From: an uncultured Elusimicrobia bacterium
GTDB taxonomy: Bacteria > Elusimicrobiota > Elusimicrobia > Elusimicrobiales > UBA9959
Assembly (NCBI GenBank): GCA_937870775.1
Contig: CALMZU010000206.1
Span: 1-43,859, forward strand
Reading direction: 5' to 3'
DNA: 43,859 bases
Position 1 is the stretch's first letter; each line of letters begins with the position of its first letter. A program made the position numbers and the translations under genes. Shown piece after piece: positions 1-7,170 of the stretch. Under the pieces are notes generated by a model. The model ran no database searches. It was not told the DNA's origin and worked only from the letters and a program-made list of their open reading frames with translations.

Positions 1-1152
1 GCGCTGGGCGAGATAGGCGGCACCGAGGAGCTGCGCATCGTCGAGGCCCTGAAGGCCAGGAAGATAACCAAGCCCCTCGTGATCTGGGTGACCGGCACCT
101 GCTCCAAGATGTTCCCCGCGGGCGTACAGTTCGGCCACGCCGGCGCGAAGGCGGGCTCGGACCTGGAAACCGCGGACGCCAAGAACAAGGCGCTCAAGGA
201 CGCCGGCGCCATAGTGCCGGATTCCTTCGACGACTACGGCATAAAGGTGAACGAGACCTACCAGAAGCTGGTGAAGAAAGGCACCATAAAGCCCGCGGCC
301 GACGTAGCGGCCCCGGCGCTGCCCATGGACTTCGCCCAGGCGCTGAAGGAAGGCAAGATCCGCAAGGCCACCACGTTCATCGCCACGATATCGAACGAGA
401 AGAAGGAAGAGCTCGAATACTGCAACATACCGATATCGAAGGTGCTCAACGACAACATGGGCCTGGGCGGCGTCATCGGCCTGCTCTGGTTCAAGCGCCA
501 GCTGCCGGATTACGGCGCCAAGTTCCTGGAGACCGCTCTGATGCTGTGCGCCGACCACGGCCCGGCCGTCAGCGGCGCGCATAACGCCATAGTGGCGGCC
601 CGCGCCGGCAAGGATATCATATCCAGCATGGTCTCCGGCGTGCTGACGATAGGCCCGCGCTTCGGCGGCGCCATCGACGGCGCGGCGCAGAACTTCAAAC
701 GCGCCTACGACGCCGGCCTCACGCCCGAGCAGTTCATAAAGGACATGAAGGCGAAGGGCATCAACATCCCCGGCATCGGCCACAAGGTGAAGAGCGTCAC
801 CAACCCGGACATGCGCGTCACCCAGCTGAAGGCCTTCTGCAAGAAGAACTTCAAGAAGACCGACCTGCTGGACTACGCGCTGGAGGTGGAGAAACTCACC
901 ACCGCCAAGAAGGGCAACCTGATACTCAACGTCGACGGCTGCATCGGCATCTGCTTCGTCGACATGCTGATGAGCACCGGCTCGTTCGAGAAGGACGAGA
1001 TCAACAACATCGTCAGCATGGGCTGCCTCAACGCGCTGTTCGTGGTGGCGCGCAGCATCGGCATCTTCGGGCACATCTTCGACCAGAAGCGCCTGAAGCA
1101 GCCGCTGTACCGCACCCCGTACGACGAGATAGCCTACATGACGGACCTCTAA
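1..1152 (+). CDS. aclA: ATP-citrate lyase alpha subunit, C-terminal 383 aa (5' end lies outside the window)
   Basis: Frame 1 is open from base 1. The translation carries the phosphohistidine loop VQFGHAGA. This is followed by the citrate-synthase-like citryl-CoA lyase domain (ADHGPAVSGAHN, GPRFGGA, PGIGHKVKS, LILNVDG, RLKQPLYR). It matches my recollection of ACLY/AclA C-termini almost position for position. An intrinsic terminator follows. Confidence 0.9.
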   Translation, partial: ALGEIGGTEELRIVEALKARKITKPLVIWVTGTCSKMFPAGVQFGHAGAKAGSDLETADAKNKALKDAGAIVPDSFDDYGIKVNETYQKLVKKGTIKPAADVAAPALPMDFAQALKEGKIRKATTFIATISNEKKEELEYCNIPISKVLNDNMGLGGVIGLLWFKRQLPDYGAKFLETALMLCADHGPAVSGAHNAIVAARAGKDIISSMVSGVLTIGPRFGGAIDGAAQNFKRAYDAGLTPEQFIKDMKAKGINIPGIGHKVKSVTNPDMRVTQLKAFCKKNFKKTDLLDYALEVEKLTTAKKGNLILNVDGCIGICFVDMLMSTGSFEKDEINNIVSMGCLNALFVVARSIGIFGHIFDQKRLKQPLYRTPYDEIAYMTDL

Positions 1153-1173
1153 GGTCCAAGTCGCACAAAAAGG

Positions 1174-1205
1174 AACCCCGGGCCCAAACCCGGGGTTCTT
1201 TTTTG
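1174..1205 (+). terminator. Rho-independent terminator after aclA
   Basis: 9-bp stem AACCCCGGG (1174-1182) / CCCGGGGTT (1189-1197), a 6-nt loop, then CTTTTTT. Confidence 0.85.
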
Positions 1206-1336
1206 CCTTAAGTCGCGTCAGGCGGGGATGGGGGCGTCAGGCACGGCCTTCCTCTATTATTCATCGCGAGCGAGGCGTTAAAGAACCGACAGGAGCGACA
1301 CCACGCCTCCCCGCCCAGCCCATGGTCAGTACATTT

Positions 1337-1355
1337 CTTGCACCAATGGTGCAAG
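1337..1355. promoter_or_regulatory. Inverted repeat CTTGCACC-aat-GGTGCAAG, candidate operator upstream of the MNT/HEPN pair
   Basis: Perfect 8-bp arms with a 3-nt centre, in an AT-rich non-coding stretch about 100 bp upstream of the pair's promoter. Confidence 0.3.
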
Positions 1356-1438
1356 TTCTGCATTTTGTGAATAATGCGATAAAAATCACACATGCGCCAG
1401 ATATTATCAGCCGCCGTACAAATCCCAGCAAATATGTC

Positions 1439-1467
1439 TTGAAATATAGCCAATTGGCTGTTATAAT
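1439..1467 (+). promoter_or_regulatory. Sigma70-type promoter of the MNT/HEPN pair, with a palindrome in the spacer
   Basis: TTGAAA (1439-1444), an exact 17-nt spacer, TATAAT (1462-1467). The perfect 12-bp palindrome AGCCAATTGGCT (1448-1459) sits in the spacer. The ATG at 1474 lies 6 nt after the -10 box and has no Shine-Dalgarno, which implies a leaderless mRNA. Confidence 0.6.
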
Positions 1468-1473
1468 AGACAT

Positions 1474-2100
1474 ATGGGAAAGAAGAAGGCGTTCATTGCG
1501 TATCCTTTGGACTGGGTGTTCTCGGCGCCGAGTCATGTAGCGCTATTGCGGGCGCTTAAGGACAGCGCGGAAGGCATGAGCGGCAGGGCAGCGGCACGGG
1601 CGGCGGGGATCAATCATCAGGCCTGCCGGCAGGCGCTGGACAGGCTGGAAGTAATCGGGATTATTATACGGCAAGGCTCAGGCCATACCCAGCTGCTGCG
1701 GCTGAACTTCGACCATGCCCTGGTCAAAGAGGCGCTGTTGCCCATGTTCCAGGCCGAGAAACATTTTCAGTCGCTGCTGCGCAATTCGATCGCACATAGT
1801 CTGGGCAAAGACGCCCGCACGGCAACGCTTTTCGGCAGTGCGGCTAGGAAGGAAGACCAGCCCGGCAGCGATATAGACCTGCTGCTGGTAACGGACGGCG
1901 CAGCAAAAGCCGGCCTGGAAGACAAAGCGCTGGAATTCGGCCGCGGCTTCGCCAGGAAATACGGCATAAGACTTTCCCCCATAACTTACTCAGCCGCGGA
2001 GGCGAAGAAGAAGTACCGCAGCGGCGACCCTTTGATGAAGAACATACTTGCGCACGGCATAGACCTGCTCGATAAAAAACTGAAGGACGTGGTGCTATGA
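1474..2100 (+). CDS. Winged-helix DNA-binding domain fused to a minimal nucleotidyltransferase (MNT-type antitoxin-like)
   Basis: The N-terminal HTH-like segment is GMSGRAAARAAGINHQACRQALDRLEVIGIIIRQG. The NTase signature is GSAARKEDQPGSDIDLLLV. There is a 4-nt ATGA overlap with the next gene. Confidence 0.8.
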   Translation: MGKKKAFIAYPLDWVFSAPSHVALLRALKDSAEGMSGRAAARAAGINHQACRQALDRLEVIGIIIRQGSGHTQLLRLNFDHALVKEALLPMFQAEKHFQSLLRNSIAHSLGKDARTATLFGSAARKEDQPGSDIDLLLVTDGAAKAGLEDKALEFGRGFARKYGIRLSPITYSAAEAKKKYRSGDPLMKNILAHGIDLLDKKLKDVVL

Positions 2101-2510
2101 CGCCAAGGCTTACTAAAAGAGTCTCCGTGCCCAAGTCTAAAAGTTCCGATTACGCCATGGTCGGCGACAACTTCTATAAAGGCGCCGAAGTGGCGCGTGA
2201 ATTCGAATACTGGAACGCGGCAGGATTGCTTATTGTGCACGCGGCCATAGCGTACACCGACGCCCTGACCATTAAATTCGGCGGCGTAAAAAGCAAAGGC
2301 GAAGACCACATGGCCGCCGTGGAACTTCTGCGCCAGGTCATAGCCCTGGACGAAAAAGGCCTTGCCGGGGCGCGCCACCTGGAACGTATAATAAACGAAA
2401 AGAACCGCGTTTCCTACGAAGGCGAGGTCTACACCCGCAAAGACGTGGATATGCTCTGGAAGCACCTGCTGCGCTACCGCGAGTGGGCGACATCCATGCT
2501 AGCCGATTAA
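2097..2510 (+). CDS. HEPN-like domain protein (partner of the MNT gene)
   Basis: 137-aa protein that looks all-alpha. It has HEPN-like blocks (WNAAGLLIVHAAIAYTDAL, EDHMAAVELL, NRVSYEG) and sits in the classic position after an MNT gene. I could not find a canonical Rx4-6H motif. Confidence 0.6.
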   Translation: MTPRLTKRVSVPKSKSSDYAMVGDNFYKGAEVAREFEYWNAAGLLIVHAAIAYTDALTIKFGGVKSKGEDHMAAVELLRQVIALDEKGLAGARHLERIINEKNRVSYEGEVYTRKDVDMLWKHLLRYREWATSMLAD

Positions 2511-2592
2511 ATTTCCTGAAAAGTTCCACTTACCGACGGGCACTTACTTCGTGGCAGCATGATGCTACGTTGGCGGCAGAAAGGACCGGGCC

Positions 2593-2621
2593 TTGACAAA
2601 CGGGTCGGAGGGGGCTATACT
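2593..2621 (+). promoter_or_regulatory. Sigma70-type promoter of the GntR/ABC operon
   Basis: TTGACA (2593-2598), an exact 17-nt spacer, TATACT (2616-2621). Confidence 0.7.
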
Positions 2622-2626
2622 ATCTC

Positions 2627-2646
2627 TGTACTAGTAAGGTAGTACA
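2627..2646. promoter_or_regulatory. Palindromic operator candidate TGTACTA-gtaagg-TAGTACA
   Basis: Perfect 7-bp inverted arms (2627-2633 / 2640-2646). They cover the predicted transcription start and the AAGG ribosome-binding region, 4 nt before the GntR ATG. This GT..AC-type dyad is typical of GntR-family operators. Confidence 0.55.
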
Positions 2647-2649
2647 CTT

Positions 2650-3021
2650 ATGATACAGATCGACTTCAGATCGCAGGCTCCTATTTACGAGCAGATAAAG
2701 ACCGGGCTCAAGGGCCTGGTGCGCCGCGGGCTGCTTAAGCCCGGCGACGAGGCCCCGTCCATACGCGCCATGGCCGCGCAGCTCAAGCTCAATCCCAACA
2801 CCGTGGCCCGCGCCTACAGGGAACTCAGCGCCGAAGGCTTCTTCGAGGGGCAGCGCGGTTCGGAGAACGTGTTGTCCCCCCGCGCCGCGGCGCTGGCCCG
2901 GGCCGCCGCCGCCCACCTGCAGGCGCGCCTTACCGAGGGGGGTAAGGAAGGCCTGGGCCACGGCCGGGCCGCCGCCGCTATAGAGGAACTGCTGGCGAAG
3001 CTTAAGAAGGGGGCTTTATGA
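2650..3021 (+). CDS. GntR-family transcriptional regulator, short YtrA-like subfamily
   Basis: The N-terminal wHTH is PIYEQIKTGLKGLVRRGLLKPGDEAPSIRAMAAQLKLNPNTVARAYRELSAEGF. It has a short C-terminal tail, and the next gene is an ABC ATPase with a 4-nt overlap. Confidence 0.85.
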   Translation: MIQIDFRSQAPIYEQIKTGLKGLVRRGLLKPGDEAPSIRAMAAQLKLNPNTVARAYRELSAEGFFEGQRGSENVLSPRAAALARAAAAHLQARLTEGGKEGLGHGRAAAAIEELLAKLKKGAL

Positions 3022-3887
3022 GCGACGGGACAATACTTTCGGTGAAAGGCCTGCATAAGGGCTTCGGCCTCAGGAAGGTGCTGGACGGCCTGGACCTCAA
3101 GGCCGGCCCCGGCGAGGTGGTGGGCATACTGGGCCGCAACGGCTCGGGCAAGACCACGCTGTTCAAGGTGCTGCTGGACCTTATAGCCGCGGACACCGGC
3201 GAGATCAGCGCCCTGGGGCTCAGCCCCGACGGCAGCGGCCGCCTGCGCGGCCTTATAGGCTATGTGCCCGAGAAGCCGGCCTTCCATTCCTTCATGACCG
3301 TGGCCGGGGTGCTGGCCTTCCGCGCGCGCTTCTTCCCCTCCTGGGACGCGGCCAAGGCGCAGGAACTGCTGCGGCGCCTGGAGCTGGACCCGGCGGCCAA
3401 GGCCGGGGCGCTCAGCAAGGGCAGCGCGGCCAAGCTGGCCTGGGTATGCGCCGCGGCCCATAACCCGCGCCTCTTCCTGCTGGACGAACCCACGTCGGGC
3501 CTGGACTATCTGGTGCGCGACCATATATTGAACGGCCTGGTGCACGAGCTGGCCGAAGGCGGCCGCACCATACTGGTATCCGACCACCGCATGGGCGAAC
3601 TGGGCGGCCTGCTGGACCGCGTCTGCGTGCTGAAAGGCGGCCGCATAGCCGAGGAGCACAGTGCCGATTTCATCAAAGCCGAAACCTTCCGCGTCAGCGC
3701 CAGGGCGGGCTCAGTTAAGACTTCCCCCCGCGTGCGCGAACTGGCCCGCGCCGGGGCGGTGGCCGAGTTCGCCGTGTTCGGCAGGCAGGCTTTGGACGAA
3801 CTGCGCGGCGCCGGCCTTGGCGACGGGGCCGAGGTGAAACCGCTGGAGATGGACGACGCTTTCAGGGCTATGCTGGGGGAGATATGA
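3018..3887 (+). CDS. ABC transporter ATP-binding protein (YtrB-like)
   Basis: Walker A GRNGSGKT, Walker B LFLLDEPTSGLD, H-loop VSDHR. The signature motif is degenerate: LSKGSAAK instead of LSGGQ. Confidence 0.85.
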   Translation: MSDGTILSVKGLHKGFGLRKVLDGLDLKAGPGEVVGILGRNGSGKTTLFKVLLDLIAADTGEISALGLSPDGSGRLRGLIGYVPEKPAFHSFMTVAGVLAFRARFFPSWDAAKAQELLRRLELDPAAKAGALSKGSAAKLAWVCAAAHNPRLFLLDEPTSGLDYLVRDHILNGLVHELAEGGRTILVSDHRMGELGGLLDRVCVLKGGRIAEEHSADFIKAETFRVSARAGSVKTSPRVRELARAGAVAEFAVFGRQALDELRGAGLGDGAEVKPLEMDDAFRAMLGEI

Positions 3888-5797
3888 AAGACCTTATACT
3901 GCTGCAGTTCAGGAAGAACAGGCTTACTTTCTGCGTGATAGCGGCGGCACTGCTGATATCGTTGCCGTTGGCCGTATTGCTGAAGCCGCAAGGGCTTAAG
4001 GCCTCGGAATCGGCGGCCACGGCCATGCTCTACTGGCTTTTCGCCGGCATACCGCTGGCCGCGCTGATCTTCAGCTGCGGCGCCGGCGCCGAAGCCGCCC
4101 GCGAAAAAGCGGCGCTCACCGAAGAACTCCTGCCGGTGCCGCAATACCGGCTGCTGCTCTCCGCCCTGCTGACGGCGTTCATAGCCTCGGCGGTACTGTC
4201 CCTGGCCGCCGGCCTGGGCGCACTGGCCGGCTTCCCGTCGGAAGGGCCGCGGGCCTTGTATGGTTTCATGCTTCCGTACTACGCGTTCGCCTTGGCGTTC
4301 CTGACGCTCTACGGCTTCACGCTATCCTACGCTTTCGCCAACGGCATAGCCGGCGGCGCGCTGGCTATCACGGCCCTGACCGCCATTGGCACACCGTTAG
4401 TATTGATGGACGCCTTCCAGGAGGTGCACTACAAACTCCTTCCCCTCGCCTCGCTTAAAGCGCTGCTAGCCGCAATGGCCATCGCCGGCGGCGCTTATGC
4501 GCTTAAGCTGTTCTCGGAGCGCGGCAGCCGCGCGGCCTCCGGCGGCAGGAAACTGGCGCTCATAGCCGCAGCTGTACTGGCGGCGCCGGTGGCCGTAACT
4601 TTCCTTATGCTGGCCAGGTTCAACAGCAGGGCCGAGGCGGTAATAATGCCGGCGCCGGCTTATACCGGCTTCGCGCGCTACAATACCTTCCCCGACCCGG
4701 ACATATTCAACGGGGCGGCCATGTTCCAGCGGCCTTTCACCGGCGAGCTGTTCCTCGCCGACCCGGCCGGCAAAAAGACCGTCATGGTGCAGGGCTCCAC
4801 CGACAGGGAGAAGGGCTTCCTTTATCTTTCCCCCTACATGCGCCCGTACCGCACAGTGATCGCAGCCAAGGACGGCTACGGCAAGGCCTGGGTGCTTTAC
4901 GGGGCAACCGCCGCCCTGACAAGGGTCTTTAACGGCGATATCAACGGCTTCGCGGAGTATCCTTCCGCGTCGTACAATTACGGGCTTACCCTCTCTCTAG
5001 CGAAAAAGAAAGGCCTTCTGAACTTCCGCGCCGACGGCTCCTACTTCGCGGACCTCAAGCCGGGCATGAAAGACCTGCAATGGCGCAAGGTGGGCCGCAA
5101 CAGCGGCGAAGGCGCACGGTACCTGATGGATATGGAGAGTCAGGACGTGTATCTAAGGGCGGACAGGCGCACCGGCGTCCTTTCCTACAAGGGACACAGT
5201 TGGAAGCTGCCGTCGGGCGGGGCCGCCGTGCCGGTGCCGCTGAAAGGCTCGAAAGAGATGGCCTTCATAGTGAATACCGGCGCTCACAAACCTTCGTACC
5301 TCTGCCTGCCAGGCGCCAAAGCCGCGGAGTTCGCACCCAGGGCCGTAACTCCGGACATGAACCTGTACTTGAACCCCGACGGCTCAGTGTGGACTTCCGA
5401 CATTAGCGAGATCCGCGTGACCGGCACGGTAAGCGGCGAGAGTATAGACCGCGGTTCCATGGTACAGCGTTTCCACGTACTGACCTCCGACCGCAAGACC
5501 CTCGAAGTGAAATTGCACACGCTGCTGGCGAAGGCCCGCGTCCCGGCCGGTAGCGTGCAGGTGCTGCACGCCGAAGGCGGGCGGGTCTGGTTCAACCTCG
5601 GGGACAAATATATGGCCAGCGTAGATTCTGACGGCGAGGGCGCCGCGAAACTATGGAAGTTCCCCACCAGGCTGGTCTGGCGCAAAGCGCCTCCGGACTG
5701 GAGCAGCGTCACCTCGTCGGAGAAAGGCCTTTTCATCGCCGGCGCCGACGGGCTGTTCTTCATGGACTGGGAAGGCCGGGTGAACAAGATCTCCTGA
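3884..5797 (+). CDS. Membrane protein with a large C-terminal beta-rich domain; family not recognised
   Basis: ATGA overlap with the ATPase gene. The first ~250 aa contain about six hydrophobic helices, followed by ~390 aa of soluble-looking Gly/Tyr/Trp-containing sequence. This is the only long ORF in the interval with coding-like composition. Confidence 0.7.
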   Translation: MKDLILLQFRKNRLTFCVIAAALLISLPLAVLLKPQGLKASESAATAMLYWLFAGIPLAALIFSCGAGAEAAREKAALTEELLPVPQYRLLLSALLTAFIASAVLSLAAGLGALAGFPSEGPRALYGFMLPYYAFALAFLTLYGFTLSYAFANGIAGGALAITALTAIGTPLVLMDAFQEVHYKLLPLASLKALLAAMAIAGGAYALKLFSERGSRAASGGRKLALIAAAVLAAPVAVTFLMLARFNSRAEAVIMPAPAYTGFARYNTFPDPDIFNGAAMFQRPFTGELFLADPAGKKTVMVQGSTDREKGFLYLSPYMRPYRTVIAAKDGYGKAWVLYGATAALTRVFNGDINGFAEYPSASYNYGLTLSLAKKKGLLNFRADGSYFADLKPGMKDLQWRKVGRNSGEGARYLMDMESQDVYLRADRRTGVLSYKGHSWKLPSGGAAVPVPLKGSKEMAFIVNTGAHKPSYLCLPGAKAAEFAPRAVTPDMNLYLNPDGSVWTSDISEIRVTGTVSGESIDRGSMVQRFHVLTSDRKTLEVKLHTLLAKARVPAGSVQVLHAEGGRVWFNLGDKYMASVDSDGEGAAKLWKFPTRLVWRKAPPDWSSVTSSEKGLFIAGADGLFFMDWEGRVNKIS

Positions 5798-5815
5798 CCG
5801 CCAGCCGTAAAGCAA

Positions 5816-5845
5816 GGCCGCCGGGTCTCCCCGGCGGCCTTTTTA
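5816..5845. terminator. Bidirectional intrinsic terminator between convergent genes
   Basis: Stem GGCCGCCGGG (5816-5825) / CCCGGCGGCC (5830-5839) with loop TCTC. It is followed by TTTTTATT on the plus strand and TTGCTTT on the minus strand. Confidence 0.8.
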
Positions 5846-5846
5846 T

Positions 5847-6881
5847 TCAGCCTCCGCGCAGCCGCCGCTTCACCTCGCCTATATCCCGCACCATACGTCC
5901 GAAGCTCTTCAGCTTGCGTTTGTTCTCGATGCGTTTTTTCAGGTCGGTGCTCAGCTCCAGCCGCTCGGCCTCGCGCCTCAGTTTCTGGTAGCTCTTGAAC
6001 CGCTCCTTGCTGAGCCTGCCGCCCTCTATGGCCGCGGCCACGGCGCAGCCCGGTTCGCCGGTATGCGAGCAATCCCCGAACCGGCAATTCGCCGCCAGCG
6101 CGCTTATGTCGCTGAACGACGAAGCCAGGCCCTCGCCTGCGTACTCCAGGCCGAACTCCCTTATGCCGGGCGTGTCTATTATCTCGCCGCCGCAGGGCAG
6201 CAGGTACAACTGCCGCCCGGTGGTGGTATGCCTGCCGCGGGCGTCGCTCTCCCTTACATCGCCGGTAGCCGCGGCTTCGCGGCCGGCCAGCCGGTTGAGC
6301 AGCGTGCTCTTGCCGGCGCCGGAAGAACCCACGAAACAGCAGCGCAAACCGCCGGCCAGCTCCGCCTCCACCTCGGCCACGCCTTCGCCCGACAGCGAGG
6401 ACAGGCACAACAAGCGCACGCCGGGCGCGGCCGCGGCTGCGGCCTCCACGCGGGCCGCCAGTTCCGCCTCCGGGCACAGGTCCTTCTTGGTGAGCACCGC
6501 CACAGGCACGGCGCCGCTGTCCCAGGCCGCCACCAGCAGGCGTTCCAGGCGGGCTATGTTGTAATTCCCGTCCAGGCCCATCACTATGAACACCTTGTCT
6601 ATGTTGGCCGCCAGCGGCTGAGCGTCGGCCGAGGCGTCCAGCCCTTTGCGCAGCAGTATCGTGCGCCGCGGCAGCACGGCGTGTATCACGGCCTTGCTGC
6701 CCCCGTCGTGCAGGGACACTTCCACGTCGTCCCCCACCACCGGGAAGTCCAGCCGCGACACGGCCCCGCCGGCCAGTTTCCCGGCCGCGGTGGCCGTCAT
6801 CTCCGCGCCGTTAAGCCGCACGGTAAAACAACCTCTATGCTCCGCCGTCACCAGCGCCTTGAACATGATATTTTCCGACAT
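5847..6881 (-). CDS. rsgA: Ribosome small-subunit-dependent GTPase A
   Basis: Circularly permuted GTPase motifs (TKKDL, GSSGAGKSTLLN, DTPG) and the C-terminal zinc knuckle CRFGDCSHTGEPGCAV. I chose the start at MSENIMFK (ATG 6881), which is preceded by GGAGATAACA, rather than the longer ORF starting at 7073. Confidence 0.9.
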   Translation of the reverse strand: MSENIMFKALVTAEHRGCFTVRLNGAEMTATAAGKLAGGAVSRLDFPVVGDDVEVSLHDGGSKAVIHAVLPRRTILLRKGLDASADAQPLAANIDKVFIVMGLDGNYNIARLERLLVAAWDSGAVPVAVLTKKDLCPEAELAARVEAAAAAAPGVRLLCLSSLSGEGVAEVEAELAGGLRCCFVGSSGAGKSTLLNRLAGREAAATGDVRESDARGRHTTTGRQLYLLPCGGEIIDTPGIREFGLEYAGEGLASSFSDISALAANCRFGDCSHTGEPGCAVAAAIEGGRLSKERFKSYQKLRREAERLELSTDLKKRIENKRKLKSFGRMVRDIGEVKRRLRGG

Positions 6882-7112
6882 TGTTATCTCCTTAGTTACC
6901 GCCAGGCGCGCACAAAGCGCGCGGCCGCCCGGGCGCAAGCCCGTGCCGGCAGTACCGGAGCCTTCGATGTTGAGGATTAAAAAGGAAAGGAGGCCCGGTA
7001 ACCGAGGGATATCACAATCTCCGCCATAAAGCCTCCTTATCTGAAATTTACTACCGCAATAGTATACACACAAAAACGCCGCGGCGCCAGTCCCCGGGCC
7101 AAATTAATTGAC

Positions 7113-7154
7113 CGGTATAAAACAAAAGCGCGCGGAAATAATTCCGCGCGCTTT
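7113..7154 (-). terminator. Rho-independent terminator after the SIS gene
   Basis: Stem of 10-13 bp, GCGCGCGGAA / TTCCGCGCGC (7125-7154), with a 4-nt loop. It is followed on the minus strand by TTTTGTTTTAT. Confidence 0.85.
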
Positions 7155-7170
7155 GTAATCCCCTCCGGTT

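Noticed and set aside
2511-2592. The short palindrome AGCAT-g-ATGCT downstream of the HEPN-like gene as a terminator.
   Set aside because: It has only a 5-bp stem with a 1-nt loop and no following T-tract, which is too weak to call.
5284-6477. A 397-aa Arg/Gly-rich minus-strand ORF. Similar long shadow ORFs include 8181-9122, 15326-16525, 19669-21666, 21548-23290, 23283-24851, 34303-36081 and 41714-43255.
   Set aside because: All overlap confidently identified genes in other frames or on the other strand. Their Arg/Gly/Ala/Pro/His-biased translations are typical of high-GC frame artefacts. None has a recognisable ribosome-binding site or motif.
6882-7073. N-terminal extensions offered by the ORF track: rsgA from 7073, HAD from 9245, ftcd from 24998, epimerase from 27856, GT4 from 28101, receiver from 36323 and ndk from 36407.
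   Set aside because: In each case an internal ATG with a good Shine-Dalgarno or an ATGA overlap begins exactly where family-typical sequence starts. The extension is either low-complexity or overlaps the neighbouring gene.
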